DNA from: a virus
Taxonomy: Duplodnaviria > Caudoviricetes
DNA length: 64,000 nt
IMG/VR virus record: IMGVR_UViG_3300028591_000079
Coordinates: 1-64,000 of that record
Strand: one strand, 5' to 3'
Shown here piece after piece: positions 1 through 10,107 of the stretch; position 1 is the first letter of the stretch; every line of letters starts with the position of its first letter. The position numbers and the translations under genes are program-made. The notes beneath the pieces were generated by a model, which worked only from the letters and a program-made list of their open reading frames with translations, was not told the origin of the DNA and did no database searches.

Positions 1-19
1 GCTATTTTCAGCCCCTTGA

Positions 20-33
20 TTCGAGGATAAGAA
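20..33 (-). repeat. Shufflon recombination site 1 (TTCTTATCCTCGAA), pointing off the left end of the window
   Basis: Exact 14-bp match to sites at 893, 9008, 10395 and 14848; nt 1-33 are the exact reverse complement of 10395-10427 (reads FLSSNQGAENS). Confidence 0.9.
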
Positions 34-78
34 TTAATTGTCAATATTTACATGGTTTCCAAATCAATTTTATTCTTA

Positions 79-85
79 AGTTCTA
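79..85 (+). promoter_or_regulatory. AGTTCTA putative late-promoter motif upstream of the tail-fibre gene
   Basis: Same heptamer is intergenic and co-oriented upstream of the capsid gene and at least 6 other genes. Confidence 0.6.
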
Positions 86-142
86 TCTAAAGTGGTCAAT
101 TGACAAAAACAAAAAAACAAACACCAATATTGGAGTAAACAA

Positions 143-1729
143 ATGGCAAAGTATGTAAAAAGTATAAAGTTTAGCACCAGTGGAGAAACCTACACAATTC
201 GTGATGCTGAACAAAAAGCAAGGTTGGATACTTTGGAACCAAAAGTTACAAGTGTTGAAACCGCTTTGGGTGGAAAACAAGATACTTTGGTTTCTGGTAC
301 CAATATCAAAACAATAAATGGTAAAACCATTTTAGGTAGCGGTAATTTAGTTATCGAAGGTGGTTCTGGTGGAACTTCTGATTATGAACAATTAGAAAAC
401 AAACCACAGATTGACGGCAAAGAGTTGAATAAAAACTCAACTGCTGAAAGTTTGGGACTAGCAACAACATCATCCTTGGAAGGTAAACAAGATGTTATCG
501 ACAGTACACATAAGTTGGATGTTAATTTGGTGGATGGTGCTGCAACTACAACAGCTTTAGAAACAAAAGCGGATGCAAGTGCTTTGACAGCACACACTGA
601 AAATAGTGACATTCACGTTACAGCATCTAAAAAAACAGAATGGGATGCAAAACAAGACAAACTAACATCTGCAAATGCAGGAGATAATATTACAATAACC
701 GAAGTTGGTGGTGTTGTAAAAATCAATTCTACAGGTGGTACAGGTGGTTCAACAAGTTTTGCAAATTTAACTGGAAATCCTGAAGATAATGATGCATTAA
801 AAGACGCACTTGATGCAAAGGCTAATGAGGCTACAACCCTTGCTGGATATGGGATTACGGATGCTTACACTAAGACAGAAGCAGACAGCGAGTTCTTATC
901 CTCGAATTTAGGCTCTGAAAATGCCGGAAAAGTCCTAGGCATTGATACAAATGGTGAGGTAGTTACAGTAGAAAATTCAGGTGCTCCAACTATTGAAGGG
1001 TATATAAAGATACAAGGTAAAAATCTATTCAATCCAAACACATGTACTTATAACGGTTATGCTATAGCCAGTGCATCTGCTGGTAAAATATCAATATATC
1101 CAGATTCTACTACTAGTTGGTCTATAATCATACCCATCGAACCAGGCAAAACTTATACAATAAGTCGTAGTAGCGAATCAACAAACAACAGATTTAGATT
1201 TGCAGCATTGAAAAAAGATCCATCGGATTGTACGCATAATGAAGCTTGTTTATATAATATAAACAATTGGACATTGGGTAGTATACCAATGACTACAGAT
1301 GAAGTATTAACAAAAACATTTACCGTACCTGTTGATAGCGATTTTTGTTATATATTTATCAATATCAGCAACGAAGCTATAGATTATACACAACTAGTTA
1401 ATTTCCAATTAGAAGAAGGTAATATTGCAACATCTTATGAACCGTACGGTGTATTTGATTCAGCAACACTTAGAGACAATGTGATTTTTACAAGCTCAGA
1501 TGATATATTGAACTTGAACATTACAGAACCAAATAATCCTTCTGTTGCATTTGGCAGTACAGTAAATTTTAGTAGTGGAAATATTGCAACTACATTTGTA
1601 TCGCCTAATATTATCTATAGGGGTGATAATACTGCAAATGGTATATTTACTCCTGTTTCCAATAAACGATATACTGTATTTTATTTTTATAATGGAATAA
1701 ATGTTTGTGGTTCAGTACAAGGAGTATAG
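143..1729 (+). CDS. Tail fibre/receptor-binding protein: constant N-terminus (143-~906) fused to currently expressed cassette A
   Basis: Phage fibre motifs KQDTLVSGTNIKTING, DYEQLENKPQI, HTENSDIHVT, ATTLAGYGITDAYTK; recombination site inside the ORF at FLSSN; GKNLF...QLEEGNIATSYEPY carbohydrate-binding-like domain. Confidence 0.85.
   Translation: MAKYVKSIKFSTSGETYTIRDAEQKARLDTLEPKVTSVETALGGKQDTLVSGTNIKTINGKTILGSGNLVIEGGSGGTSDYEQLENKPQIDGKELNKNSTAESLGLATTSSLEGKQDVIDSTHKLDVNLVDGAATTTALETKADASALTAHTENSDIHVTASKKTEWDAKQDKLTSANAGDNITITEVGGVVKINSTGGTGGSTSFANLTGNPEDNDALKDALDAKANEATTLAGYGITDAYTKTEADSEFLSSNLGSENAGKVLGIDTNGEVVTVENSGAPTIEGYIKIQGKNLFNPNTCTYNGYAIASASAGKISIYPDSTTSWSIIIPIEPGKTYTISRSSESTNNRFRFAALKKDPSDCTHNEACLYNINNWTLGSIPMTTDEVLTKTFTVPVDSDFCYIFINISNEAIDYTQLVNFQLEEGNIATSYEPYGVFDSATLRDNVIFTSSDDILNLNITEPNNPSVAFGSTVNFSSGNIATTFVSPNIIYRGDNTANGIFTPVSNKRYTVFYFYNGINVCGSVQGV
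893..906 (+). repeat. Shufflon recombination site 2 (expressed junction, encodes FLSS-N)
   Basis: Exact TTCTTATCCTCGAA, in frame within 143..1729. Confidence 0.92.
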
Positions 1730-1731
1730 GT

Positions 1732-2775
1732 ATGAATTTAAACTATTTAAAACCTGCTTTTGAAGAAAAAAGCCGAAAAACAAAAATATCAGGCGAAACA
1801 CCATTCTTAATAGATGGTGTTTCACCAAACAAAGATATAACCATGTCTGTTTTTGGTAACACATTTACTGATATTGAATTACCAGATGGAGCACAATTAG
1901 TTGAATATTTAGAAAGTGATGGTACACAATCTGCATATATAACTGATGTTCCATATAGTTCTGTAGAAACAGTTGTTACCATTATAGCTGAATCAAATGA
2001 TGTTGATAGAAACAGACAATGCTGTGGTTTTGGTAATAGTACAGGCAACTGGATTGGTGGATCAGATGTTTGGACTATCGGCGGAAATATTGATTCAGAA
2101 ATAGAAACAAGTCAAAAAACTACACTTGTAATTCGTTGGAATGCAAACAAACAATATTTTGTAACTGCAAACGACATTCCTGTATCAACCGCATCGCGTT
2201 CAGTAACTTCAAGTTCTACAAGTTATGAGACTAAAGGATATTTTAAATTATTTGGTTGCACCAACAGAAATAATGCTAATGTATTTAATGGAAAAATTTA
2301 TTTTTGTAATATTGTAAGAAATAATACTTTGATAAAAAATTATTTACCGTGTAAATATGATAATACAGTTGGTTTGTATGATTTAGTAGAAAAACAATTT
2401 CATGAGGTTGCTGGAGTAACTGCTGGTCCAAATATAAACGTAGAAGATTTAGATACAATAGCTAGACCAATTTGGAACTCTTTAACAAATCCGTGTCCTA
2501 TAACTACAAACAAAAATTTTCAAATCTTAATAAACAATGATGTTTATAATGTTCCTTATTCTTTAGCTGGTATTGATGAAACTTATTATGATGAATTTAA
2601 TACACTTTCTGGTGCTATAACCCGGCGTGTTGGAATAAAAATACTTGATGGTACAGAAACCATAAATAAAGTTGAAAATTCAAGTTATCCTCTTGGATAT
2701 GGTTTTACAGTTGATTGCGATGATGTCACACATAAACCAAGTTCAACGGGTATTGTGGACATTTCAAACACGTAG
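1732..2775 (+). CDS. Cassette A second gene, N-terminal part (tail-associated, lectin-like); probably continues into 2796..5231 via a frameshift
   Basis: AGGAG RBS before ATG 1732; VEYLESDG...GLYDLV fibre domain; frame 3 is open from 2736 (TKFNGYCGHFKHV) and joins the next ORF. Confidence 0.7.
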   Translation: MNLNYLKPAFEEKSRKTKISGETPFLIDGVSPNKDITMSVFGNTFTDIELPDGAQLVEYLESDGTQSAYITDVPYSSVETVVTIIAESNDVDRNRQCCGFGNSTGNWIGGSDVWTIGGNIDSEIETSQKTTLVIRWNANKQYFVTANDIPVSTASRSVTSSSTSYETKGYFKLFGCTNRNNANVFNGKIYFCNIVRNNTLIKNYLPCKYDNTVGLYDLVEKQFHEVAGVTAGPNINVEDLDTIARPIWNSLTNPCPITTNKNFQILINNDVYNVPYSLAGIDETYYDEFNTLSGAITRRVGIKILDGTETINKVENSSYPLGYGFTVDCDDVTHKPSSTGIVDISNT

Positions 2776-2795
2776 CAGATGGCAAATATGCAAGT

Positions 2796-5231
2796 ATGCT
2801 AGATGGCACATTTTATTGTCCCAGTACAAAAAATCGCTTTTTGTTTAATACTTCGTCTTACACAACAGTTGAAGAATTTACTACATTTTTAGTTGAGCAA
2901 TATCAAGCAGGAACACCAGTTACTATATTTTATCCGCTCGATTCTGAAACAATAGAACAGGAAGATCCTTTGGATATTGCTTTTGCATATGGAGATAACA
3001 ATGTTGATAGTTTTCCAACAGGCATTGAAATGGATCTTATATATTATGATAATAATCCAAAAGATTTCGGTGTTAATTTTTATCAAGGGTATGTAAAAAG
3101 CAATGGTAAACTGAGTACTCCAGCAGACGGAGCATCTCACTACCAATATGTAACAACTGATTTTATATATGGTGGCAAGGCTTTTATATTTATCCCAAGA
3201 GATGATTATTTAGTAGAATATGTTGCTTTATATGATACTGACGGAAATATTATAAGTTATAGATATGGTCAACCAAGTGGATCGAGTATATTTAGAAGTG
3301 GAAAATATTATTCTGAAATATTTACACAAAAACAAGTAATTAGAATAACAGTAAGGGCATATAACAAAGGGAAACCAATAAGTCCAGATGAAAAGATTGG
3401 AAAAATATTTGATTATATAACCCCTGACAAATATATACGCGCTTCAATATCAAATCCTATTTATAGAAGAGCAAGAAAGCGTGTATTTCAAGTGTGTGGA
3501 GTAGAAAACCCGGTTAAGGGTAGTACTGCGTATGGTTCAATTAGTGGAGCACATTTGTATGGTACAAGATATGCTAATGGCAACTACACAAATGGATTTG
3601 TTGGAATTGATGTTAGTAAAAGAACTTACGCAACCGCTGTGAATAACAAACATTCTGTTTATTATACTGAATGCCCAATACAAAACATTAGTGGATACGG
3701 ATATGAATATTATACAAATGGAATGAAAAACACAGCCCGATATTATTATGGCAATGTATGTAGTTCAATTCCTTCGGTTTTTTGCAATGCTGGTAGATTA
3801 ATAAATGAAGTTACATGGCGCGCAAGAATGACAGAAACTGCAGTATTAAATAGTGTCGAAGATATGATCAATGTTGAGCCACTAGATATTGTTTATACAT
3901 CAGGACATGTTTATATTATTATAGATAAAATTACTGATTTAGATGGTAATTTGAAATTTTTTGAATATGCTGAATCGACAAGTGCATGGGTATATACACA
4001 TATTTGTATTGTATCTCCGGAACATTTGTATGAGCGTATAGCTGGTGCTGGCGCAGCTGTTATACATAATGCTGTTGGTGATCAAGGTATTATCGATTAT
4101 GGTAATTTTGAAAAAGACGAACCAACAAACTTTATAGAAGAGGATTATGGTTGTTATTATGTGGATTATACATATAATGATGATATTTGTACTTTTAAGG
4201 GGGATTATACAACATTTTTGATCGGAACAAAAGTGTGGTTGAACATAAAAGGGGAAAACTGGGATAAAGTTAAATTATATAAAGACACTTATAATGATGA
4301 AAATGAGTGTATCGAACACTCTCTGGAACATGTTTTTGATATAACTCCTACCCCGGATACTAATGATAAAAATAATTATTGGGCAGATTTAGAAATAACA
4401 TCATATTTTACAAATAAAAATCAATCTGGATTTTATACAGCTACTGCATATAATTCAAACAATGATGTAGAATCTGAATCATGTCATTTTGAAATGTTAT
4501 ATGCTAATGTTGGTCATTTAAATCGTACCTATCCATTGTTAGGTAATGATTATGCAGAAACACGCGGTATGTATTATGATTTTGATGTTAGTGATAATAT
4601 AACAAGAGGTAAAGCGTATTGGAAGCGTCCTAATGGTCAATATGGCGAGACAGTATCTTATGTTGATTATCTAACTTCTGATAATTTATCTGAAGGTACA
4701 GGATTTGTTAGAGCTCAAAACTCAGATGAACTACCTTCTGGTATGACTGAAGATAATGCAGCAGTAGGAGATTTGCGTTATTATACAATTCAAAACAACG
4801 TAAATGTTTTATTTACTGGTGATTATCATAATTATGCACCAATATTGCTTCCAACAACACTTAAGACAAACTTATTGGTTGCAGATATTGCAAATAGGAC
4901 AACCAATACTACTATTGATATAGCTGGTATAGAAACTGAAGCAATTGGATTTAGTGTTACATCACATATTGAAGTACAACCAGATACAACATATGTGTAT
5001 TATTTTACTAAAACCAATAGTAATAATAAAGCTTTAGTTGTAAATGAATATGAAACAAGTGATTCTTCTGCTCAAGTTATAAAAACAACAACTTTGATCA
5101 CAGAAATACAAATGATCAATACAATAGATGGGCTTTATAAAAAAGCAGTTTTCACAACAGATTCAAACACACATTATATCAAAATAAACATGTGTGATTC
5201 TGATGATGGTAAAATGTTATGTGAATATTAA
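2796..5231 (+). CDS. Cassette A second gene, C-terminal part, with NlpC/P60-like Cys-His domain
   Basis: YYGNVCSS...PLDIVYTSGHVYII...EYAES; clear paralogy with 5363..8716 (TTDFIxGG, TAVxNxxSVYxTE, YNDDICTFxGD). Confidence 0.7.
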   Translation: MLDGTFYCPSTKNRFLFNTSSYTTVEEFTTFLVEQYQAGTPVTIFYPLDSETIEQEDPLDIAFAYGDNNVDSFPTGIEMDLIYYDNNPKDFGVNFYQGYVKSNGKLSTPADGASHYQYVTTDFIYGGKAFIFIPRDDYLVEYVALYDTDGNIISYRYGQPSGSSIFRSGKYYSEIFTQKQVIRITVRAYNKGKPISPDEKIGKIFDYITPDKYIRASISNPIYRRARKRVFQVCGVENPVKGSTAYGSISGAHLYGTRYANGNYTNGFVGIDVSKRTYATAVNNKHSVYYTECPIQNISGYGYEYYTNGMKNTARYYYGNVCSSIPSVFCNAGRLINEVTWRARMTETAVLNSVEDMINVEPLDIVYTSGHVYIIIDKITDLDGNLKFFEYAESTSAWVYTHICIVSPEHLYERIAGAGAAVIHNAVGDQGIIDYGNFEKDEPTNFIEEDYGCYYVDYTYNDDICTFKGDYTTFLIGTKVWLNIKGENWDKVKLYKDTYNDENECIEHSLEHVFDITPTPDTNDKNNYWADLEITSYFTNKNQSGFYTATAYNSNNDVESESCHFEMLYANVGHLNRTYPLLGNDYAETRGMYYDFDVSDNITRGKAYWKRPNGQYGETVSYVDYLTSDNLSEGTGFVRAQNSDELPSGMTEDNAAVGDLRYYTIQNNVNVLFTGDYHNYAPILLPTTLKTNLLVADIANRTTNTTIDIAGIETEAIGFSVTSHIEVQPDTTYVYYFTKTNSNNKALVVNEYETSDSSAQVIKTTTLITEIQMINTIDGLYKKAVFTTDSNTHYIKINMCDSDDGKMLCEY

Positions 5232-5258
5232 TCGTAAGTATTGTGTTTTGTTTTAAAT

Positions 5259-5290
5259 AAAACCCCCTTCTGAAAAATGAAGGGGATTTT
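5259..5290 (+). terminator. Rho-independent terminator hairpin
   Basis: CCCCTTC/GAAGGGG stem with A- and T-tracts between convergent cassettes. Confidence 0.75.
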
Positions 5291-5326
5291 ATGTTATATT
5301 ACAACTTTAATTAGCAATAAGTAAAT

Positions 5327-5360
5327 AAAAACCTCCCATTTTTTACGTGGGAGGTTTTTT
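5327..5360. terminator. Bidirectional terminator hairpin
   Basis: AAAAACCTCCCA...TGGGAGGTTTTT. Confidence 0.8.
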
Positions 5361-5362
5361 GG

Positions 5363-8300
5363 TTACGATATTCTTTTTATTGAGATATTTGAATTACCTT
5401 TCAATGCACCAATTCTCAATATTCTGCAACCAGATGGAACGGTTAGTTCCCAAGATGGATTGCTACCCGTTGCTGGTATAGTGCCTGATGATGTTGAATA
5501 GAATATTCCAGCTGTAACAGGTCCACCAGATACACCTGGATTAACGGTATCTTCTACAAAAGTACTGTTTTTATCATAGAATGCATATGTTTCGTAATTA
5601 TATGCAGAACTTAAATCACGATGATATGTATATCTATAAACTTCACCTGGATTGACGATTATAGTTACAAGATTTCTATATGAAGAATCTCTTATAACAC
5701 CAACCGAAGATACATCTTTTCCACTCTGCCAATATTCAGGTCCATAATAATTGAAACCAATACTGCGATCTATCCATTTCTTTATAGATATAGCACTGTT
5801 ACCTTTTAAAGCACCAAGTTTAAATATTGCTGCATTTTGTGGAGCAGTCAATACCCATAATGGTACAGAACCTAAAGCAGGAACATTTGTTGTAGGATAC
5901 AAATAACTTGCATTGTCACCTATTAGTGTTACATTTTCATCATAGAAAGCATATCTTTCATAATTATATGCATCACCTAATTGTCGTGTATATGTATAAA
6001 TGAAAACATCACCTTCTTCTATATCTTCATCAATTCTTACAAGATTTCTGTAACTATTATCAGTTTCAACGCCAGCTGATGTAATATCTCGATTCTCTGT
6101 ATAATATTCTGGATCATAATAGTTAGGTTGTGGTAGCTCATTCAAGTTGTAAAGAACCATTGAAGTATCTGCCTTGATAACCCCCATCTTAAGTTTTACT
6201 GCACCTTGTGGCACTGTTAATTCCCAATGATAGTACTTATTTACTTCTGGAATACTACTTGAGTCATAAAGAGATTGAACTTCACCTACTAATTCATCAT
6301 TTACATCGTAGTATGCGTATCTTTCATATGTATATGAAGCTGAACCCTTTCTATAGCAGAAAAATCTATAAGTGTCTCCAGGGGTTAAATTCTCTACAAC
6401 TACGAGGTCTCTATAGCTATTAGATGTCTCACTACCATCAGAAAGCAAATCTGTATTCGTTTTATAATAGTTTCCATCACAGTAATTTGTTGGTTCGCTA
6501 TAATTTGTCTCATATTTACCATAACCATATTCACCCTTACATCTTACACAAACATAAGGATATGCTGAATTAGGCATAGAATCACTACCCCACCAACAGA
6601 AATGATCTGCTAAATTTGTAACAGTTGGTTTCTTGAATCTTTTACTGTCAATTAAGCCAGCATTAGTAAATCCAGCACCTGATTCTGCAGTAATATACAA
6701 AGGTAAACCGTTTATTTGATCGATTGTATATTGATTCATACCACCAACATTATAACATTTCAATCTTACAGCTAAAACTTCAAAATATGTAGGATCTGAT
6801 TCTACAGTTTCATTTGAATCTTCACGTAAAACCAATGTGTGTTTTACTGTATCGTAAATTGAAACTGTTGCACTTACTTGAACAAACAAGTATGTTGCGT
6901 TTGCTCCAGTTGTTACAGTTACAGCAAATTGATCTGCACTTATTTCTGATTTATTTGTAATTGAGTAAACTGTTGCACTTGATGCTGTATTAACAAAATC
7001 TAGATTAGCCATAGTACCATAAGCTATTCTCAATAAACTATTAGTACTATTTGTTCTGTCTTGTGTCACAGTATAAGTTGTATTTGGTTTACATGGAATT
7101 GCCCAAGTGCGAGAACCATCACTTGAAGCTACAATTTTACCTTGATCTACTGATAAATAATAACCAGTTTTACCAGTAGAAGTTGGAGGTAATAATGTAT
7201 CTGTATGAGCGAAATCAAACAAGTTTTTGCAAGATGTTGTACAATATGCACGATATTTTCCATATTCATTACCATCATAAGGAAAATATGAAGAAATGTT
7301 GATATCACACCAATCAGTATCTAAATAAGCTGTTCCTGTTGTATAATCATTGGAGGTTCTCAAGTATTTCATAGGATAAACAGAACCTTTTGTAATATCA
7401 ATGGTTTGAAAAGATTCATATTGTTGGTTTATTTCATTCCATTTTTCAATTACAAGATTTTCCCAACCGTTGTAACGATGAACATTTAGATAGATTATTC
7501 CACCCCACATAAACTCGGCTTTATCACCTATAAATGTGCAAATGTCATCATTGTAAGCTATTGGTGTAAAATCATCTGTTAGATCATTTCCAATATAATC
7601 CAATAATGGTTCTTGTATCGTATTAATGTCATTTGGTAATCTTGTAACCTGATAACCAAGTTCACCTTCATTCTGTATTCTACTTAACCAACTTTCAACA
7701 CTATAGATAACTGAAGTATAATAAGTGTTTCCACCACCAGATTCACCACATCTTATAAATCTCGGAATACCTGAAGCATCTTTCCAAATTTCAGCTACAA
7801 TCCAGACGTGCGTAGGTTTTACAAGATTGTCTAAAGGTTTTACATTAGTACAATGTTCATCTGGAACAACTTCTGTAGCATTTAAAATCATATTACCGTA
7901 TTCTGATGTTGCAGAATAGTTTCTAGCGAAGTGTAATGCCTTATCATACCCACGAACAAAATCAACAGAGTTTGAACAGTTTTGACCAAACCATCCATTC
8001 GATGATCCATTTGTATCATGATATTTCCAACCATATTGACTTCTATGATTTTGTACATTTTCTGTCCAATAAACTGATCTAGGATTATGAACAGCTGTAC
8101 AATAAGTATATGGTGAAACTTCATAACCAACTCTTCCTGGTGTTTCGTTTTGATCTGAATACTTAACACCTAAACTAACCAATTGATTTTTATAGTTAGT
8201 TGGAGCTACAAAAGCTATATGATTCAATCTACGAAGTGCTTGTTCATATGAAGGATCTTCTGATTGAACAATATCAAAATAACTTCTATCAACGTAAAAG

Positions 8301-8716
8301 AAATCTTCAAATATATCTTCAGTTGGTGAAATATCTCTATCTGGAACAGCTTGTTCACTCACAGTATTCCATCCAACCTCTATTGTTCCATTATGAACGA
8401 TCCCCAATCTCATTCTTAAACTTTTATGAAGATGATGGGAATATTCAGTACATTCTTTATAACAACGTGGCCTAGATGAAATAACTGTTTCTTTCAATAG
8501 ATTGAAATTTTCATCATAAACAGATACCTTATTGATAAAAAATCCTTCTTTTAAATGACAAATAAAGTCTCTTCCACCAATAATAAAATCGGTAGTTACC
8601 CATTTAGAGTGGTCTGTGTCTCCCGAAGTTGACACAGAACCATCCTCTTTTATATAACCCTGTTGAAGACCGATATTACAGATTTCTACACCTTTACCAA
8701 TCAAATCTCTAAACAT
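5363..8716 (-). CDS. Cassette B second gene: large tail-associated protein with NlpC/P60-like domain and three C-terminal repeats
   Basis: WFGQNCSN...PLDNLVKPTHVWIV...GES; three repeats SYRxLV...YxYERYAxYD...WxLTxPxxA..LKxG; RBS GAGG upstream. Confidence 0.8.
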   Translation of the reverse strand: MFRDLIGKGVEICNIGLQQGYIKEDGSVSTSGDTDHSKWVTTDFIIGGRDFICHLKEGFFINKVSVYDENFNLLKETVISSRPRCYKECTEYSHHLHKSLRMRLGIVHNGTIEVGWNTVSEQAVPDRDISPTEDIFEDFFYVDRSYFDIVQSEDPSYEQALRRLNHIAFVAPTNYKNQLVSLGVKYSDQNETPGRVGYEVSPYTYCTAVHNPRSVYWTENVQNHRSQYGWKYHDTNGSSNGWFGQNCSNSVDFVRGYDKALHFARNYSATSEYGNMILNATEVVPDEHCTNVKPLDNLVKPTHVWIVAEIWKDASGIPRFIRCGESGGGNTYYTSVIYSVESWLSRIQNEGELGYQVTRLPNDINTIQEPLLDYIGNDLTDDFTPIAYNDDICTFIGDKAEFMWGGIIYLNVHRYNGWENLVIEKWNEINQQYESFQTIDITKGSVYPMKYLRTSNDYTTGTAYLDTDWCDINISSYFPYDGNEYGKYRAYCTTSCKNLFDFAHTDTLLPPTSTGKTGYYLSVDQGKIVASSDGSRTWAIPCKPNTTYTVTQDRTNSTNSLLRIAYGTMANLDFVNTASSATVYSITNKSEISADQFAVTVTTGANATYLFVQVSATVSIYDTVKHTLVLREDSNETVESDPTYFEVLAVRLKCYNVGGMNQYTIDQINGLPLYITAESGAGFTNAGLIDSKRFKKPTVTNLADHFCWWGSDSMPNSAYPYVCVRCKGEYGYGKYETNYSEPTNYCDGNYYKTNTDLLSDGSETSNSYRDLVVVENLTPGDTYRFFCYRKGSASYTYERYAYYDVNDELVGEVQSLYDSSSIPEVNKYYHWELTVPQGAVKLKMGVIKADTSMVLYNLNELPQPNYYDPEYYTENRDITSAGVETDNSYRNLVRIDEDIEEGDVFIYTYTRQLGDAYNYERYAFYDENVTLIGDNASYLYPTTNVPALGSVPLWVLTAPQNAAIFKLGALKGNSAISIKKWIDRSIGFNYYGPEYWQSGKDVSSVGVIRDSSYRNLVTIIVNPGEVYRYTYHRDLSSAYNYETYAFYDKNSTFVEDTVNPGVSGGPVTAGIFYSTSSGTIPATGSNPSWELTVPSGCRILRIGALKGNSNISIKRIS

Positions 8717-8727
8717 GGCTATACCTC

Positions 8728-9021
8728 TTATGCTATTGTTCCAATTACTACGATACCATTTACAACACTCATCACATAAGATGTTTCAGGCCTCATGATT
8801 GGTTGTAATGGACTATATTTTGCTGTGGCAGGTAGACTCATAGTAAATGTCGTATCTGTTGTAAAATATAGTGTTGCTTCTAAATCAGTATCTGTTGACC
8901 CAAAGGCCGTAATTGTCAATGAATCAATAGGATTAGAGCACGTGTAAACCGTATTATAATCTAATGTGGCTAATGTCACAGAAGTATCGGTAATTGTTTG
9001 ATGAGACTTCGAGGATAAGAA
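8728..9021 (-). CDS. Silent variable cassette B (3' half of the fibre gene; short adaptor domain)
   Basis: Frame is open from the site (FLSSKSHQTITDTSVTLATLDY...) into ORF 8728..8979; no RBS/ATG of its own. Confidence 0.8.
   Translation of the reverse strand, partial: FLSSKSHQTITDTSVTLATLDYNTVYTCSNPIDSLTITAFGSTDTDLEATLYFTTDTTFTMSLPATAKYSPLQPIMRPETSYVMSVVNGIVVIGTIA
9008..9021 (-). repeat. Shufflon recombination site 3
   Basis: Exact reverse complement of TTCTTATCCTCGAA. Confidence 0.92.
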
Positions 9022-9035
9022 CTTAATGTGTGTTT

Positions 9036-9644
9036 TTAGTCTGTTATTTCAATTATTACACGTCCATTTTTTATAGCTGGATCTAATATTTTCATAAATT
9101 TATCAAAACACTTTCTGGAATTATATACCCAACTTTTTGTTTGGCTTATTTTAGGACTATCACCAAGGATTAAACATCCAAAAGTATCATCTTTATGGTT
9201 TCCAGTGTGTATTCTAATTCCTTCATATAATGGTACGTTTAATATTTCAGGAAGTTTTTTCTTAAATGCATTTGAGTAAGAAATAATAACACGATAAGTT
9301 CCATAAGGTATAGCTGTTTCTCCATATATTTTTTTGAAATTTTCTTTTTTTGTGCCTTTTGGATTTCTTACTTTATCTTCTAATGTATTACAAACAAATT
9401 CTAAAACATCTGGAGATTCTGGATAGCTTACATATAAATCACCAATTGTATCACTCTCGTTGAATATTTTTCTTTTTACTGTTATTTTTAGTGCCCAATC
9501 TACATTTTCTTTTTTTTCTTCAACCACTTTATTCTCCTTAGATGTTTCTTTATTTTCTTTATTATCAGCAACAATATTAGGGACATTATTATCTTTCTTT
9601 TTTTGAAACAATGAGGTTATGAATGTTAATACAGTTTTCCACAT
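9036..9644 (-). CDS. DUF5675-family protein (putative cell-wall/lysis enzyme)
   Basis: TIGDLY...CNTLED...GETAIPYGTY...GIRIHTGN...DTFGCLILG signature. Confidence 0.75.
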   Translation of the reverse strand: MWKTVLTFITSLFQKKKDNNVPNIVADNKENKETSKENKVVEEKKENVDWALKITVKRKIFNESDTIGDLYVSYPESPDVLEFVCNTLEDKVRNPKGTKKENFKKIYGETAIPYGTYRVIISYSNAFKKKLPEILNVPLYEGIRIHTGNHKDDTFGCLILGDSPKISQTKSWVYNSRKCFDKFMKILDPAIKNGRVIIEITD

Positions 9645-9673
9645 TTTGTTTTTCCTTTTTCGTGTACACTATT

Positions 9674-9705
9674 TAGAACTTCTTTTTGTCATGTTCAGAG
9701 TTCTA
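9674..9705. promoter_or_regulatory. Divergent pair of AGTTCTA motifs (minus at 9674-9680, plus at 9699-9705)
   Basis: Back-to-back copies between divergent genes 9644(-) and 9715(+). Confidence 0.6.
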
Positions 9706-9714
9706 TATAGTATC

Positions 9715-10086
9715 ATGAAGAACAGTATATTAGCCTATTCAATTCAAAAAAACATTGTATCAGTTTATTACAAAGATATAATAGATAACCCACTGACAGA
9801 TGGTAAAACAGTTGGGGATATTATTGCGTTGGTAGAAGAAAAAAACCTCCCAGATGTAGTATCAATAAAAAATATAAAAACTGATGTAACAAAAGTAGGA
9901 AATAAATACAGACTAATAACAAATCTTACATATATATCTGATGGCGAATCTGAATCTTCTTCTATTGTTTTTGATGGTGAAGAAGAATATATACAAGATG
10001 AACAAAAAGTTATAATTCTAAACACCAGATATGAAGTTATAAGCGATGAAAGTGGTGATATTGTTTTAGATTATATAACAGAGTAA
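9715..10086 (+). CDS. Hypothetical protein
   Basis: In-frame ATG at 9715 just after the AGTTCTA motif; the upstream part of the track ORF overlaps the opposite gene. Confidence 0.6.
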   Translation: MKNSILAYSIQKNIVSVYYKDIIDNPLTDGKTVGDIIALVEEKNLPDVVSIKNIKTDVTKVGNKYRLITNLTYISDGESESSSIVFDGEEEYIQDEQKVIILNTRYEVISDESGDIVLDYITE

Positions 10087-10107
10087 TAAAAATCAAAAGG
10101 AATAAAG

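Noticed and set aside
2773-2775. TAG read-through / alternative genetic code (as in some gut jumbo phages)
   Set aside because: The continuation is in a different frame, and TAG/TGA end many genes at sensible, coupled positions; a frameshift explains it better
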